A DNA stretch of 64,000 nucleotides from Clostridia bacterium (GTDB taxonomy: Bacteria; Bacillota; Clostridia; Christensenellales; UBA1242). The position numbers were made by a program, and so were the translations under genes. The first letter of the stretch is position 1. Every line of letters begins with the position of its first letter. The notes beneath the pieces were generated by a model. It searched no databases and had not been told where the DNA came from. It worked only from the letters and a program-made list of their open reading frames with translations. Of the stretch, positions 19,830-31,296 are shown in pieces. The stretch lies in the NCBI GenBank assembly GCA_036654655.1, contig JAVVRP010000002.1, positions 51,841 to 115,840 of the forward strand, in the 5' to 3' direction.

Positions 19830-22800
19830 ATGGATAACATATTGGCTTTAAAAAAGACAAAACACGGAAAAACAGAAAGATACAATTTTTCAAAATTGGA
19901 AGAAATTGCACCACTTCCAAACTTGCTTGACATCCAGAAAAAATCATACCAAAATTTTATTGAGCACGGAATAAAAGAAGTGCTTGAAGAAGTTTCGCCT
20001 ATCACAGATTATAGTGGAAAGGCAAAACTTTATTTTCTGGACGTTAATTTGGGTGAAAAAAGCAAATATTCAATTAAAGAGTGTAAACGTAGAGGAGTTT
20101 CATACACAGTTCCTCTTAAAGTTAAAACACGTTTTGTTGTGGAAAACAGTGGAGAAGCAATAGAGCAAGAGGTTTTTCTTGGTGATATTCCACTTATGAC
20201 CGAACAAGCATCTTTTATTGCAAATGGAAATGAAAAGGTTGTTGTTAGCCAAGTTAAACGCTCGCCAGGGGTTTATTTCACACGTGACAAAGAAGATAAT
20301 TCCACACTTATGGCTCAAATTAATCCAGATCACGGAATGAAAATTGAAATTGAACAAGGTGCTAATGAACTTTTAAAAATTGTTGTTGACAGGTCAAGCA
20401 AAGTCACGCTTGGAGTTTTTCTTAAATGCTTTGGATTTTCAAATCAAGACATTAGCAAAATGTATGGAAATCATCGCTTAATAGAAAATGTTCTTTCAAA
20501 AGAATCACAAGTTACGCAAGAAGAAGCGTTAATAGAATATGCCAGAAAAACCAGACCAGCGGATGTTCCATCGGCAGAGTCCACCCGTTCTTATCTTAAT
20601 TTGTTTTTATTTTCCGATAGTTATTACAACACTCTTAGAGTTGGCAGATATAAATTAAATAAAAAACTTTCTCTTTCTCGCAGAATAAGCGGAATGGTTG
20701 CAGGCGAAAATGTTGTTGTTGAAGATGAAGTATTATGCAAAAAGGGCAACATTATAAGTGAAGAAGTTGCCAGAAAATATCAAAACAGTGGCGCTAACGA
20801 ATGTTTTATTGTTTTGCCAAATGGAAATAAACATTTAATAAGAGGTAATAACCGCGTTCAACTTTCACAAGTTTTTCCTTGTGATGAGCAAGAACTTGGA
20901 ATTTTGGAAGAAGTTTATTATCCAACTTTAATGCAAATTTTAAAGGATAACAAAACCAAAGAAAAGCGTTGCAAAGCAATAAAAGCACAAGCAAAACAAC
21001 TTATGGTTACAACTTTAACAATAGATGATATTTTGGCAACAGTAAGTTATTATTTGGATATAATGGAAGGCATTGCAACAGTTGATAACATTGACCATCT
21101 TTCTAACAGAAGAATTTCTGCTGTTGGCGAACTTCTTGCAAAAGCACTTAAATCTGGTGTTAACAAACTTAAAGCAAATATTATGGAAACATTGCAAGGA
21201 AAAGATTTATCCGAAGCAACTCCATCTCAAATTATTAATCCAAAATCAATTAACAAAGAATTAAGAACATTTTTATTGCAATCACAACTTGCACAACAAA
21301 TGGAGCAAATTAACCCACTTTCTTCTTTAACAACAAAGCGTAAACTTTCTGCAATAGGGCCTGGCGGAATTAAAAAAGAAAGAGCAAGCGCCGAGGTTCG
21401 TGATATTCATTATACTCATTATGGGCGTATTTGTGCTATTGAAACTCCCGAAGGTCAAAACATAGGGCTTATTAACACTTTGGCAAACTATTCAAAAGTT
21501 AATGATTATGGATTTTTGGAAACGCCTTATCGTAAAGTAGACAAAAAAACAGGCGTTGTTTCAAAAAATTACAAATATTACATGGCAGAAATAGAAGACA
21601 AACATTACATTGCACAAGCAATAGAACCTTTGGACAGTGAATGCAGATTTATTAATGAAAGAGTAAATTGCAGATTCAACAGCAGTATAGTGCAAGTTCC
21701 ATCTTCTTTGGTTGAATATATGGATGTTTCTCCAAGGCAGTTTATTTCTCCAACAGCAGCGCTTGTTCCATTTCTTCAAAATGACGACTCATCTCGTGCA
21801 CTTATGGCAACAAACATGCAACGTCAAGCAGTTCCACTTATCAAGCCAGAATCTCCAATTGTTGGAACGGGAATGGAAAGTGTTATTGCAAAAGATTGCG
21901 GAAGTTCGTTATATGCAAAAAATGATGGTGTTGTTTCATATGTAAGTGCCAACGAAGTAAGAGTAAAAACTTCAAAAGGGGTTGACACATATAATCTTAT
22001 CAAATTTGCAAAAACAACTTCCGAAGTTGCATGTGAAAATCAACGTCCAGCAGTTAAAAAAGGCGAAAAAGTTAAAGCGGGTGATGTTCTTGTTGATGGG
22101 TATTCAACAAAAGACGGCGAACTTGCCCTTGGAAAAAATGTTTTGGTTGGTTACATGAATTGGGAAGGTTACAATTATGAAGACGCCATTTTAATTAGCG
22201 AAAGAATTGTAAAAGACGATGTTTATACTTCAATAACTCTTAGAGAAGAAGAAATGTCGAGCCGAACAACAAAACTTGGTGATGAAGAAATAACAAGAGA
22301 TATTCCAAATCATAGTGAAGATTCGCTTAAAGATTTGGACGAAAATGGAATTATAAGAATTGGTGCCGAAGTTACAACAGGAGATATTCTTGTTGGAAAA
22401 GTTACTCCAAAAGGAGAAACAGAACTCACACCAGAAGAAAGATTATTGCGTGCAATTTTTGGTGAAAAAGCACGTGACGTAAGAGACACTTCCCTTCGTG
22501 TTCAACACGGACATGGCGGAGTTGTTGTTGACGTTCAAGTTTTCTCGCGTAAGAATAAAGATGAATTACAGCCTGGTGAAAACATGAGAGTAAAAGTTTA
22601 TATTGCACAGCGTCTTAAATTGTCCGTTGGTGACAAAATGGCAGGACGCCACGGAAACAAAGGTGTTGTTTCCAGAATTTTGCCAGAAAGTGATATGCCT
22701 TACATGGCAGACGGGCGTCCTTTGGACCTTGTTCTTAACCCACTTGGAATTCCTTCCAGAATGAATATAGGTCAGGTTTTTGAAGTTCATCTTGGTTTGG

Positions 22801-23513
22801 TTGCTCAAAGTTTGGGGTGGAAAGTTGCAACACCAGTGTTTGACGGAGCATTGCCAGAAGATATTCAAAAATTGTTTATTGCAAACAATTTTCCTTCAAA
22901 TGGTAAAGTTCAATTATATGATGGAAGAACAGGCGAGCCATTTGATAACACAACAACGGTTGGGTACAAATATATGCTTAAACTGGAACACATGGTTGAC
23001 CTTAAAGCGCATGCACGTTCGATTGGACCTTACTCATTAATAACACAGCAACCTCTTGGCGGAAAAGCATTGTTTGGAGGTCAAAGATTTGGAGAAATGG
23101 AAGTTTGGGCAATGGAAGCATATGGCGCATCAAACATATTGCAAGAAATTTTAACAGTTAAATCTGATGACGTGGTTGGCAGAGTTAAAACTTATGAAGC
23201 CATAGTAACAGGAAAGCCAATTGCAGAACCGGGCATTCCAGAATCATTTAAGGTTCTTATAAAAGAACTTCAAGCACTTGGACTTGATATTAAAATTTTA
23301 ACTGATGGGGATAAAGAAGTAAGCATTGCAGAACTTTCAGTTGAAGAGTTGCAACCACGCACCGTGGCAAATGAAGTTGAAGAAGAACTTAAAGATATTT
23401 CTCTTGATTGGGCTGTCCCATTTGAAAAGAAAAAAGAAGTTTTGGAAGACGGTGTAAAAAAACCGTTAGAACTTGACACTTTATTTGAAGATTTTGATGA
23501 TTTTGAAGAATAA
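19830..23513 (+). CDS. rpoB: DNA-directed RNA polymerase subunit beta
   Basis: Conserved blocks are GPGGIKKERA, ETPEGQNIGLI, NMQRQAVPL, GDKMAGRHGNKGVVS and GGQRFGEMEVWA. I moved the start from the track's GTG 19794 to ATG 19830 (MDNILALKK...) because AAGGGGAG lies 9 nt upstream. Confidence 0.97.
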   Translation: MDNILALKKTKHGKTERYNFSKLEEIAPLPNLLDIQKKSYQNFIEHGIKEVLEEVSPITDYSGKAKLYFLDVNLGEKSKYSIKECKRRGVSYTVPLKVKTRFVVENSGEAIEQEVFLGDIPLMTEQASFIANGNEKVVVSQVKRSPGVYFTRDKEDNSTLMAQINPDHGMKIEIEQGANELLKIVVDRSSKVTLGVFLKCFGFSNQDISKMYGNHRLIENVLSKESQVTQEEALIEYARKTRPADVPSAESTRSYLNLFLFSDSYYNTLRVGRYKLNKKLSLSRRISGMVAGENVVVEDEVLCKKGNIISEEVARKYQNSGANECFIVLPNGNKHLIRGNNRVQLSQVFPCDEQELGILEEVYYPTLMQILKDNKTKEKRCKAIKAQAKQLMVTTLTIDDILATVSYYLDIMEGIATVDNIDHLSNRRISAVGELLAKALKSGVNKLKANIMETLQGKDLSEATPSQIINPKSINKELRTFLLQSQLAQQMEQINPLSSLTTKRKLSAIGPGGIKKERASAEVRDIHYTHYGRICAIETPEGQNIGLINTLANYSKVNDYGFLETPYRKVDKKTGVVSKNYKYYMAEIEDKHYIAQAIEPLDSECRFINERVNCRFNSSIVQVPSSLVEYMDVSPRQFISPTAALVPFLQNDDSSRALMATNMQRQAVPLIKPESPIVGTGMESVIAKDCGSSLYAKNDGVVSYVSANEVRVKTSKGVDTYNLIKFAKTTSEVACENQRPAVKKGEKVKAGDVLVDGYSTKDGELALGKNVLVGYMNWEGYNYEDAILISERIVKDDVYTSITLREEEMSSRTTKLGDEEITRDIPNHSEDSLKDLDENGIIRIGAEVTTGDILVGKVTPKGETELTPEERLLRAIFGEKARDVRDTSLRVQHGHGGVVVDVQVFSRKNKDELQPGENMRVKVYIAQRLKLSVGDKMAGRHGNKGVVSRILPESDMPYMADGRPLDLVLNPLGIPSRMNIGQVFEVHLGLVAQSLGWKVATPVFDGALPEDIQKLFIANNFPSNGKVQLYDGRTGEPFDNTTTVGYKYMLKLEHMVDLKAHARSIGPYSLITQQPLGGKALFGGQRFGEMEVWAMEAYGASNILQEILTVKSDDVVGRVKTYEAIVTGKPIAEPGIPESFKVLIKELQALGLDIKILTDGDKEVSIAELSVEELQPRTVANEVEEELKDISLDWAVPFEKKKEVLEDGVKKPLELDTLFEDFDDFEE

Positions 23514-23574
23514 ATAAAGCACAATACAACAAAATTTTTAGCATTGCAAAAAAACTATTGTGAAGGAGAAAAAC

Positions 23575-26500
23575 ATGTTTGAACTCAGCAACTTTGATGC
23601 GGTTAAAATTGGGATTGCATCGCCTGAAAAAATTAGAGAGTGGTCACATGGAGAAGTTACAAAGCCAGAAACCATAAATTATAGAACGCAAAAGCCAGAA
23701 AAAGACGGCCTTTTTTGTGAGCGTATTTTTGGACCACGCAAAGATTGGGAATGTCATTGCGGAAAGTATAAACGTATTCGTTATCGCGGAGTAGTTTGCG
23801 ACAAATGCGGAGTTGAAGTTACAAAGTCTATTGTAAGACGCGAAAGAATGGGACATATAGAACTTGCCACTCCTGTAACTCATCTTTGGTTTTTTAGAAG
23901 CATTCCATCAAGAATAGGTACACTTTTGGACATAACCCCAAAAAGTTTGGAGCAAGTTGTTTACTATGTAAATCATATTGTGCTAGATCCAAAGAAAACA
24001 GAATTTACATACAAACAAATAATAACAGATAAAGATTATCGCGAAGCAATTGAAAAATATGGTGCTAATGCTTTTGAAGCAGGGATGGGTGCAGAGGCAA
24101 TTAAAAGATTGCTTGGTGAAGTTGACCTTGCAAAAGAAAGCAAAACATTAAAAGAGCAGTTGTTAACTGCAAAAGGTCAAAAACGTATTAAAGTTAGCAA
24201 AAAATTGGATGTTGTAGAAAGTTTTTTAAAAAGCAAAAACAATCCAAAATGGATGGTGTTGGATGTTCTTCCAGTGCTTCCACCAGAACTGAGACCAATG
24301 ATTCCACTTGATGGCACTCGTTATGCAACAAGTGATTTAAACGATCTTTATCGTAGAGTTATAAACAGAAACAACAGACTTAAAAAACTTATTGAACTTG
24401 GAGCACCAGAAGTTATTGTAAGAAATGAAAAAAGAATGTTACAAGAATCTGTTGATGCTTTAATAGATAATGGAAAGCAAAGAGGAAAGGCTGTTCAGGG
24501 CGCAAAACAAAGAGACCTTAAATCATTAACTGCAATGCTTGGTGGAAAACAAGGGCGTTTTCGCCAAAACTTGCTTGGAAAGCGTGTTGACTATTCTGGC
24601 CGTTCTGTTATTGTTGTTGGACCTGAACTTAAAATGTATCAGTGTGGTTTGCCAAAAGAAATGGCATTAGAATTGTTTAAGCCATTTATTATTAAAAGAC
24701 TTAATGAAATTAACTCATCAAACAACATAAGAACAGCAAAAAAACTTATTGAAAAACAAAAGCCAATTGTTTGGGATGTTTTGGCAGAAGTAATCAAGGA
24801 CCACCCAGTAATGTTAAATCGTGCTCCTTCTTTGCACAAACTTTCTATTCAGGCTTTTGAACCAGTTTTGGTTGAGGGCAGAGCAATAAAACTTCACCCA
24901 CTTGTTTGCACAGGCTTTAATGCCGATTTTGACGGAGATCAAATGGCGGTTCACGTTCCGCTTTCCATAGAGGCAAGAACGGAAGCCAGAACTCTTATGC
25001 TTGCAAGCAACAACATTTTAAAACCATCAGACGGAAATGCAGTTGTAACACCAGCGCAAGATATTGTTCTTGGTTGTTATTATCTTACAACTCTTAAAAA
25101 AGGTGCAAAAGGAGAAGGTGGAGTTTACTTTGATGAGAAAGAAGCAATTATGGCTTATCAAACAGGAAATCTTGATCTTCAAGCCGAAATAAAAGTAAGG
25201 CGTTCCGCCGAAATTAATAAAAAGAAATACACAAAAATTGTTAACGCCTCAGTTGGAAGAATAATTTTTAATCAAACAATTCCACAAGATCTTGGATTTG
25301 TGGACAGAACTAAGCCAGAAAACGCAGTTGAACTTGAAATAAATAAAATTTGTGCAAAAGCGCAACTTGCCGAAATAAACATGGCTTGCTTTGATAAGTT
25401 TGGAACAACTCAAACATCAATAATGCTTGATAAAATTAAAGAAGTTGGCTATAAATATTCCACAATTGCATCACTTTCAATAAACGCATTTGATGTTATT
25501 GAACCACCAGAAAAAAAGAACATTGTTGCCGATGCCGAACTTCAAGTGATGGAAAATGAAAAATTATTACGTCGTGGTCTTATAACAACCGAAGAAAAAA
25601 TTAATTCAAACATTATAATATGGAAAAAAGCAACAGACAAAATTTCAAAGGCCGTTATGGATAATCTTGTTGAGGATAGCCCTCTTAAAATGATGATAAA
25701 ATCAAAGGCTCGTGGAAGTGTTGTTCAGTTAAATTCCATTGCAGGCATGGTTGGTATTATTCGTAATGCATCCGGACAAAGCGTTGATATTCCAATTAAG
25801 TCAAATTTTCGTGGTGGGCTTACACCACTAGAATACTTTATGAACAGCCGTGGTGCTAGAAAAGGCCTTACAGACACCGCTTTAAAAACTGCCGATGCAG
25901 GTTATTTAACCAGACGTTTGGTAGACATCTCTCATGATGTTGTAATTAATGAAGAAGATTGCTTTGCAACTCTTGGGGAAAAAGTTAAAGGAAACATTGT
26001 TTCAAGCCTTGTTGCAAAAGACGGTACCGTTATAGAAAGCATTGCACAAAGAATTATGGGCAGATATTCAGTTTATGACATTGTGGACCCAATAACAAGC
26101 AAGAAAATTGTTTTGGCAAACACAATGATTTCAAAACAGCAGGCGGTTCAAATTGAAGAAGCGGGAATAAAATCTGTTGAAATAAGAACAGCATTAACTT
26201 GCCGTTCACATCGTGGAATTTGCGCAAAATGTTATGGAAAAAACATGACAGGCAAAAATACCGTGATAATTGGCGAGGCTGTTGGAATTATTGCCGCACA
26301 AAGTATTGGAGAGCCAGGAACTCAATTAACAATGAGAACTTTCCACACTGGTGGTTCGGCAAGTGCAGCAGATATCACACAAGGTTTGCCACGTGTAGAA
26401 GAAATTTTTGAAGCACGTAAGCCAAAATGTGAAGCAAAATTAAGTGAAGTATCTGGAAAGGTTAAAATTAAAAATGAAAGTAAACAATTTGTTGTAACCA

Positions 26501-27093
26501 TTGAAACAGATGACGGTTCGGTTGATTATGAAATTAAAAAACCAGCCGTACTTGAAGTTAAAGATGGAGACAAAGTTGAACCGGGAACACAACTTAACCA
26601 AGGTTCACTTAATCCCTCGGACATTCTTAGAACAAGAGGTCTTAAAGGCTTGCAAGAATATTTACTTATGGAAGTTATTTCAGTTTATAAAACCGAAGCG
26701 GTTGATATTAACGATAAGCATATTGAAATTATTGTTCGCCAAATGCTAAAAAATGTTAAAATTGAAAGTTCGGGTGACACAAATTTCATTCCAGGAGAAG
26801 TTGTTGAGGTTCATAGATATGAAGAAGAAAATGAAAAAACCTTGCAAAATGGTGGGATGCCAGCAAGTGCAAGAAGAATTTTGTTAGGAATAACAAAATC
26901 AAGTTTGTCAACCGAAAGTTTTTTATCTGCGGCTTCATTTCAGGAAACATCAAAGGTGTTAACCGAAGCAGCAATTAAGGGTAAAGTGGATCATCTTTTG
27001 GGACTAAAAGAAAACGTAATAATTGGAAAGTTAATTCCAGCAGGTACAGGATTAAAAATATATCGGGACATAATTCCAGTGGAAAAAGCATAA
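23575..27093 (+). CDS. rpoC: DNA-directed RNA polymerase subunit beta'
   Basis: It carries the zinc-binding [20 protein letters not shown], the catalytic [15 protein letters not shown], and a C-terminal [19 protein letters not shown] moved the start from GTG 23560 to ATG 23575 ([13 protein letters not shown]...), which is preceded by AAGGAG. Confidence 0.97.
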   Translation: MFELSNFDAVKIGIASPEKIREWSHGEVTKPETINYRTQKPEKDGLFCERIFGPRKDWECHCGKYKRIRYRGVVCDKCGVEVTKSIVRRERMGHIELATPVTHLWFFRSIPSRIGTLLDITPKSLEQVVYYVNHIVLDPKKTEFTYKQIITDKDYREAIEKYGANAFEAGMGAEAIKRLLGEVDLAKESKTLKEQLLTAKGQKRIKVSKKLDVVESFLKSKNNPKWMVLDVLPVLPPELRPMIPLDGTRYATSDLNDLYRRVINRNNRLKKLIELGAPEVIVRNEKRMLQESVDALIDNGKQRGKAVQGAKQRDLKSLTAMLGGKQGRFRQNLLGKRVDYSGRSVIVVGPELKMYQCGLPKEMALELFKPFIIKRLNEINSSNNIRTAKKLIEKQKPIVWDVLAEVIKDHPVMLNRAPSLHKLSIQAFEPVLVEGRAIKLHPLVCTGFNADFDGDQMAVHVPLSIEARTEARTLMLASNNILKPSDGNAVVTPAQDIVLGCYYLTTLKKGAKGEGGVYFDEKEAIMAYQTGNLDLQAEIKVRRSAEINKKKYTKIVNASVGRIIFNQTIPQDLGFVDRTKPENAVELEINKICAKAQLAEINMACFDKFGTTQTSIMLDKIKEVGYKYSTIASLSINAFDVIEPPEKKNIVADAELQVMENEKLLRRGLITTEEKINSNIIIWKKATDKISKAVMDNLVEDSPLKMMIKSKARGSVVQLNSIAGMVGIIRNASGQSVDIPIKSNFRGGLTPLEYFMNSRGARKGLTDTALKTADAGYLTRRLVDISHDVVINEEDCFATLGEKVKGNIVSSLVAKDGTVIESIAQRIMGRYSVYDIVDPITSKKIVLANTMISKQQAVQIEEAGIKSVEIRTALTCRSHRGICAKCYGKNMTGKNTVIIGEAVGIIAAQSIGEPGTQLTMRTFHTGGSASAADITQGLPRVEEIFEARKPKCEAKLSEVSGKVKIKNESKQFVVTIETDDGSVDYEIKKPAVLEVKDGDKVEPGTQLNQGSLNPSDILRTRGLKGLQEYLLMEVISVYKTEAVDINDKHIEIIVRQMLKNVKIESSGDTNFIPGEVVEVHRYEEENEKTLQNGGMPASARRILLGITKSSLSTESFLSAASFQETSKVLTEAAIKGKVDHLLGLKENVIIGKLIPAGTGLKIYRDIIPVEKA

Positions 27094-27103
27094 GAAATTT
27101 TAA

Positions 27104-27140
27104 AAACTGCACAAAATTAAAAGTTGTGCAGTTTTTTATT
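27104..27140 (+). terminator. Rho-independent terminator after rpoC
   Basis: The stem pairs ctgcacaa (27107-27114) with ttgtgcag (27124-27131), the loop is aattaaaag, and ttttttattt follows. Confidence 0.8.
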
Positions 27141-27186
27141 TGTGTGCTTTTGTACAGCAATCAAGTTATTTGCAACCAATTTTCTC

Positions 27187-27215
27187 TTTACTTGTGTAAG
27201 TTATTATGGTATACT
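27187..27215 (+). promoter_or_regulatory. Promoter for the ferredoxin / Ppx-like unit (TTTACT-17-TGgTATACT)
   Basis: tttact lies at 27187-27192, followed by a 17-nt spacer ending in TGg, then tatact at 27210-27215. Confidence 0.5.
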
Positions 27216-27289
27216 ACCAATGGCTAAAAAGCCGATATAACATGAATTTAAACAAATTTTAATCCAAAAATAAAACGGAGGAAATTATA

Positions 27290-27460
27290 ATGGTTGACAA
27301 AAAAAAATGTATAGGATGTGGTGCTTGCATAGAAATATGTCCAGTTGGGGCAATTTCTTTTAGTGATGATGGAACTGCTTTAATTAATGAAAAAAAATGT
27401 GTAAAATGTGGAAGTTGTTCAGTAACTTGTCCTGTGAGTGCAATCACAATTAGAAAATAA
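27290..27460 (+). CDS. Small 2x[4Fe-4S] ferredoxin (56 aa), below the ORF-track length cutoff
   Basis: My own translation is MVDKKKCIGCGACIEICPVGAISFSDDGTALINEKKCVKCGSCSVTCPVSAITIRK*. It contains two CxxCxxCxxxCP clusters, and GGAGG lies 7-8 nt upstream of the ATG. Confidence 0.85.
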   Translation: MVDKKKCIGCGACIEICPVGAISFSDDGTALINEKKCVKCGSCSVTCPVSAITIRK

Positions 27461-27500
27461 GTTCTGCAACAAAAAAAATACATTAAAAGAAAGGTGAAAT

Positions 27501-29006
27501 ATGGAAAAAGTTGCATTAATTCAATTGGATGGAAAATGTACAAAACTTCAAATTATTAACACGCAAGACAACGTTTTTTATCAGGCAATAGATGAAATTT
27601 CAGAGCCGTCCAAATTAGCAAAGGACATAGCCGAAAAAGAACTTGTGGCACCAACAACAATTAAAGCGTTAATTAGAACTCTTGGGCTTTTTAGGTCACT
27701 TTGTGATCAATTTAAAATTATAAAAGTGTTTGCTGTTGTTACGGACATAATAAAAGGCGCTCGCAATCATAAAGGTGTGTTAGAAGAAATTCACAATAAC
27801 ACCTCTTTTTCTTTTCAAATTTATTCGGAAGAAGAAGAAATAAAAATGTGGCACTCTTGTGTGAAAAATTGTTTGGATATTTCAAAGGGCACAATTGCAA
27901 CAATTTTTGATAATAAAATTTATCTTACAACTTTTAACAAAAAAACTATAATTGATTCACAAGTTCTTAATTTTGGCCCTAAATCGGTTTCATACGAGTT
28001 TTTATCAGTTCCAGACAACAAAGAACGTGCCGAACTTATGTTAAATTTTTCCAAACAAAATTTGCAAGACGTTAAAGTTCCAATCGAGTGTGAAGGAAAT
28101 TTTGTTCTAGCGGGTGAATATTCAGTTTCATTTGGTAAACTTGCAAAACGTATTTTAAGATATCCACTAGACATAGACAACAACTATGTAATAAGTAATG
28201 AACAATCCAAACAAATTTTTGAAGTTGTAAAAGATTTGGATTTAGACCGTACAAAAAAATTGAAAGGAATTTCGGAAGAAAGCGCGGACACAATTGCAAG
28301 CACAAGCGCCATAATTATGGCACTCGCCGAGCATTGTAATGTTGATAAACTAACAATTACAAACGGAACATTTTTGGATGGAGTTATTCATGCAAGTGTT
28401 TTAACAGATTTTGGAGAAAAGCAAACTTCTGATATTTTAGGAACAAGTTTGGAATCGGTTTCAACATTTTGTGGTTTGGACAAAGAAAACATTAATCAAG
28501 TGTATTTTTTAGCAGTTATGCTATTTAAAAAACTTAGAGTTATTCACAAATTATCCAGAGAATATTACAAACCATTAAGGGTTGGTTCCCAATTATATAA
28601 TTCTGGAACAAGAATTTCATTTAAAAATTATGAAAAACAAAGTTTTAATGTTATTTTAAATTGTGGCTTAAAAGGAATAACACATAAAGATTTATTGTTA
28701 GGAGCATTTTCGGCACTTTGTCAAAATGTGGATAATTTTGAACTTGCAGATTGGATGAAGTATAAAGAAATAGTTGATGATGAGGATCTTGTTGCTGTTA
28801 GAAAGTTAGGTGTTATAATTTCTATTGCGGCATCGCTAGATTGCAGTAAAAGTAGTTCTATTCAGGATCTGGATTGTGATATCCTTGGAGACTCAATAAT
28901 AATAAAAACAATAAGTCAAAAAAATGTTGACTTTGATATTGTTCAAGCAAGTAAAAACGCATTGGCATTCAAAAAAGTATTTAAAAAGAATTTACAGATA
29001 ATTTAA
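27501..29006 (+). CDS. Ppx/GppA-family phosphatase-like protein with degenerate motifs
   Basis: It is 501 aa. The segment AVVTDIIKGARNHKGVLEEIHNNTSFSFQIYSEEEEIKMW aligns by eye with the Ppx/GppA core (A.ATSA.R.A.N...F......G.....ISG.EEA). The N-terminal phosphate-binding D-x-G-S-N-S motif is replaced by LDGKCTK. Confidence 0.5.
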   Translation: MEKVALIQLDGKCTKLQIINTQDNVFYQAIDEISEPSKLAKDIAEKELVAPTTIKALIRTLGLFRSLCDQFKIIKVFAVVTDIIKGARNHKGVLEEIHNNTSFSFQIYSEEEEIKMWHSCVKNCLDISKGTIATIFDNKIYLTTFNKKTIIDSQVLNFGPKSVSYEFLSVPDNKERAELMLNFSKQNLQDVKVPIECEGNFVLAGEYSVSFGKLAKRILRYPLDIDNNYVISNEQSKQIFEVVKDLDLDRTKKLKGISEESADTIASTSAIIMALAEHCNVDKLTITNGTFLDGVIHASVLTDFGEKQTSDILGTSLESVSTFCGLDKENINQVYFLAVMLFKKLRVIHKLSREYYKPLRVGSQLYNSGTRISFKNYEKQSFNVILNCGLKGITHKDLLLGAFSALCQNVDNFELADWMKYKEIVDDEDLVAVRKLGVIISIAASLDCSKSSSIQDLDCDILGDSIIIKTISQKNVDFDIVQASKNALAFKKVFKKNLQII

Positions 29007-29037
29007 AACACAGTTTAATTTTATTGAAAGGATAACA

Positions 29038-30144
29038 ATGAAAAAATCAATATTTTTAGCAGTTGCATTAATAATATTTCCACTATTTTTTAGCGGGTGT
29101 TCCATTTCGAATATCGCCATTTTTAAACCATTTATAAATCAATCACAATATAGCAGTGCATACAGCATTTCAGCAACAATAACAGGGCAGGACACGGACG
29201 CGCAAGTTGCACAAAAACTTTTGCCAGCATGTGTAACTGTTAAAGTTATGCCATTAAATTCATCATCAGGAAATTTTGGAAGCGGAGTTGCCATTGCCGA
29301 ACATGGTTACATTGTAACTAATTTTCACGTAATAAAAGATTCAATAGGCAATCAAAACTACAAGATTTCAGTATTTAACAATGGAGATATTCTTAAAGAA
29401 ATACCAGCAATAGTGGTGTGGCACAAGGAGCAAATAGACGTTGCAATTTTAAAAATAAATGAAGAATTGCCGTTTGTAAACATGCTAGATAGAGCAATTC
29501 ATCCACAAAAAGGAAATGAACTTGTTTATGACAAGGTTATTGCAATTGGAACACCGGTTCATGAATATTTTCAAAACACTGTTAAATTTGGGCGCGTAAG
29601 CAAATTAAATTGTTATGATGTAAGTGGAATTGCCATTTACGAAAATTTAATTATGCACGATGCAAACATAAATCCAGGAAATAGTGGTGGCGGACTTTTT
29701 GATGTTAAAGGAAATTTAATTGGCTTGAACACATTGGGCTATGAACAATCTGCTGGTTTGTTTTTTGCAGTACCAATTTTCCCAGTTATAACAATGCTTC
29801 CAAAAGTTATTGCAAACTTTTCAACGCATTATCAGCCAGCAGTTTTGGGTGTTTCTGGGTTTGACGGCATTTGTTCTTTTTTAGCAAATCAAAAAACTGG
29901 GATTTCTCTTTATGACCCAGGGTTTTTAATTACGGAAATCACAGAAAAAAAGGGTTCAGTTGGCATACTTCAAGTTGGAGATATTATTTTAAAGTTGGAA
30001 CTAGCAAATGGAACAACAAGAGAAATTAATAATAGAGACGACTTATGTTATGCGCTTTTAGAAAGTGTTGTTGGAGATAATGTTAATGTAACAATAAACA
30101 GAAAAGGCAACAAGGAAATAAAATCAATTACATTAACAGATTAA
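29038..30144 (+). CDS. Trypsin-like (S1C/HtrA-like) serine protease lipoprotein with a C-terminal PDZ-like domain
   Basis: The signal peptide MKKSIFLAVALIIFPLFFSGC carries a lipobox-like FSGC. The catalytic triad contexts are TNFHVI, DVAILKI and GNSGGGLF. The C-terminal GFLITEI...GILQVGDIILKL looks PDZ-like. Confidence 0.8.
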   Translation: MKKSIFLAVALIIFPLFFSGCSISNIAIFKPFINQSQYSSAYSISATITGQDTDAQVAQKLLPACVTVKVMPLNSSSGNFGSGVAIAEHGYIVTNFHVIKDSIGNQNYKISVFNNGDILKEIPAIVVWHKEQIDVAILKINEELPFVNMLDRAIHPQKGNELVYDKVIAIGTPVHEYFQNTVKFGRVSKLNCYDVSGIAIYENLIMHDANINPGNSGGGLFDVKGNLIGLNTLGYEQSAGLFFAVPIFPVITMLPKVIANFSTHYQPAVLGVSGFDGICSFLANQKTGISLYDPGFLITEITEKKGSVGILQVGDIILKLELANGTTREINNRDDLCYALLESVVGDNVNVTINRKGNKEIKSITLTD

Positions 30145-30163
30145 AAATATGGAGGAACGGACT

Positions 30164-31174
30164 ATGTCAGTTACAAAAATAGCAATTGATTTTGGAAGTT
30201 CAAACACATCAATTTTTATTGATGGATTGGGCATTGTTTTAAAAGAACCAACATTAGTTGCTGTAACAAAATTGGCAGATGGAAATCCAGCCGTTAAATG
30301 CTTTGGCAATGAAGCAAAAAAAATTTTGGGAAAAACAGACGAAAATACAACCATATTTTCACCAGTTTATGAAGGAAAAATAAAAAAAATTGAATATGCC
30401 AAATTGCTGATATCATATTTTTTGTCAAAAGTTATGGTTGTTAAACCTTTTACCAAAATAGAATTGCTTATTCCTGTTTCTTGTGGATTAACCCCAAAAG
30501 AACGCAATGATTTTTATGAAGTTTTTAAAACAATCAAGCCAAAAAAAATAATAATAATTCCAAAGGCTTTGTGTTCAGCAGTTGGAATTTGTGTTCCAAT
30601 TGATTCTTCAAACAGTAATATTATTGTAGATTTGGGTGGTGGCACAATAGAGGTTTGCGTTGTAAACTTAAATTCAATTGTAAAAGGCGCCACAACAAGC
30701 ATGGGTGGGCGTGTTCTTGATCTTGCAATAATGGGGCAACTTAAAGTAATAAACAAAATTTTGATGGGATATACAACGGCAGAAAAACTTAAAGAAGAAG
30801 TTATGAGTTTGTTCCCAAACGATACCAGAAATTTAGAAATAAGCGGAATTGGAGATGATACACATTCTCCCAAAAATATGCTTGTAATATCGCAAGACCT
30901 TACAGAAATAGCAATTAACTTTTTTGAGCCAATTGTAGAAGTTGTTCAAACAATAATAAATTCTTGTCCGCCAGAAGTTAGTGCCGACATTATGGCTACT
31001 GGCATAAAACTTTGCGGAGGACTTTCTTGCTTAACAGGTGTGGAAAATTTTTTTGAAACAAAGTTGGGGCTTAATGTAGAACTGGCAGATGAGGCTGAAA
31101 ATGCATGTATAATTGGTGCTGGAAAACTGCTTTGCAATAACAAACAACTTACAGAAATTGCCACACAGTGTTAA
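30164..31174 (+). CDS. mreB: Rod-shape / actin-like protein MreB family
   Basis: Actin-fold motifs are IAIDFGSSNT, VDLGGGTIEV and KLCGGLS. It resembles MreB throughout (GIVLKEPTLVAV...GNEAKKILGKT). I chose ATG 30164 because GGAGG at 30151-30155 lies 8 nt upstream; the track starts at 30149. Confidence 0.8.
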   Translation: MSVTKIAIDFGSSNTSIFIDGLGIVLKEPTLVAVTKLADGNPAVKCFGNEAKKILGKTDENTTIFSPVYEGKIKKIEYAKLLISYFLSKVMVVKPFTKIELLIPVSCGLTPKERNDFYEVFKTIKPKKIIIIPKALCSAVGICVPIDSSNSNIIVDLGGGTIEVCVVNLNSIVKGATTSMGGRVLDLAIMGQLKVINKILMGYTTAEKLKEEVMSLFPNDTRNLEISGIGDDTHSPKNMLVISQDLTEIAINFFEPIVEVVQTIINSCPPEVSADIMATGIKLCGGLSCLTGVENFFETKLGLNVELADEAENACIIGAGKLLCNNKQLTEIATQC

Positions 31175-31296
31175 AATAAAAATTAAAATAAAAAAAGTTT
31201 AAAACAAATGCCAATTAAACAAAAAAACTTAAAAAAAACAAAAATATAGTTTTGCTTTTTTTATTTTAAAGTTCAAACTAGAACTATGGTGAAATC

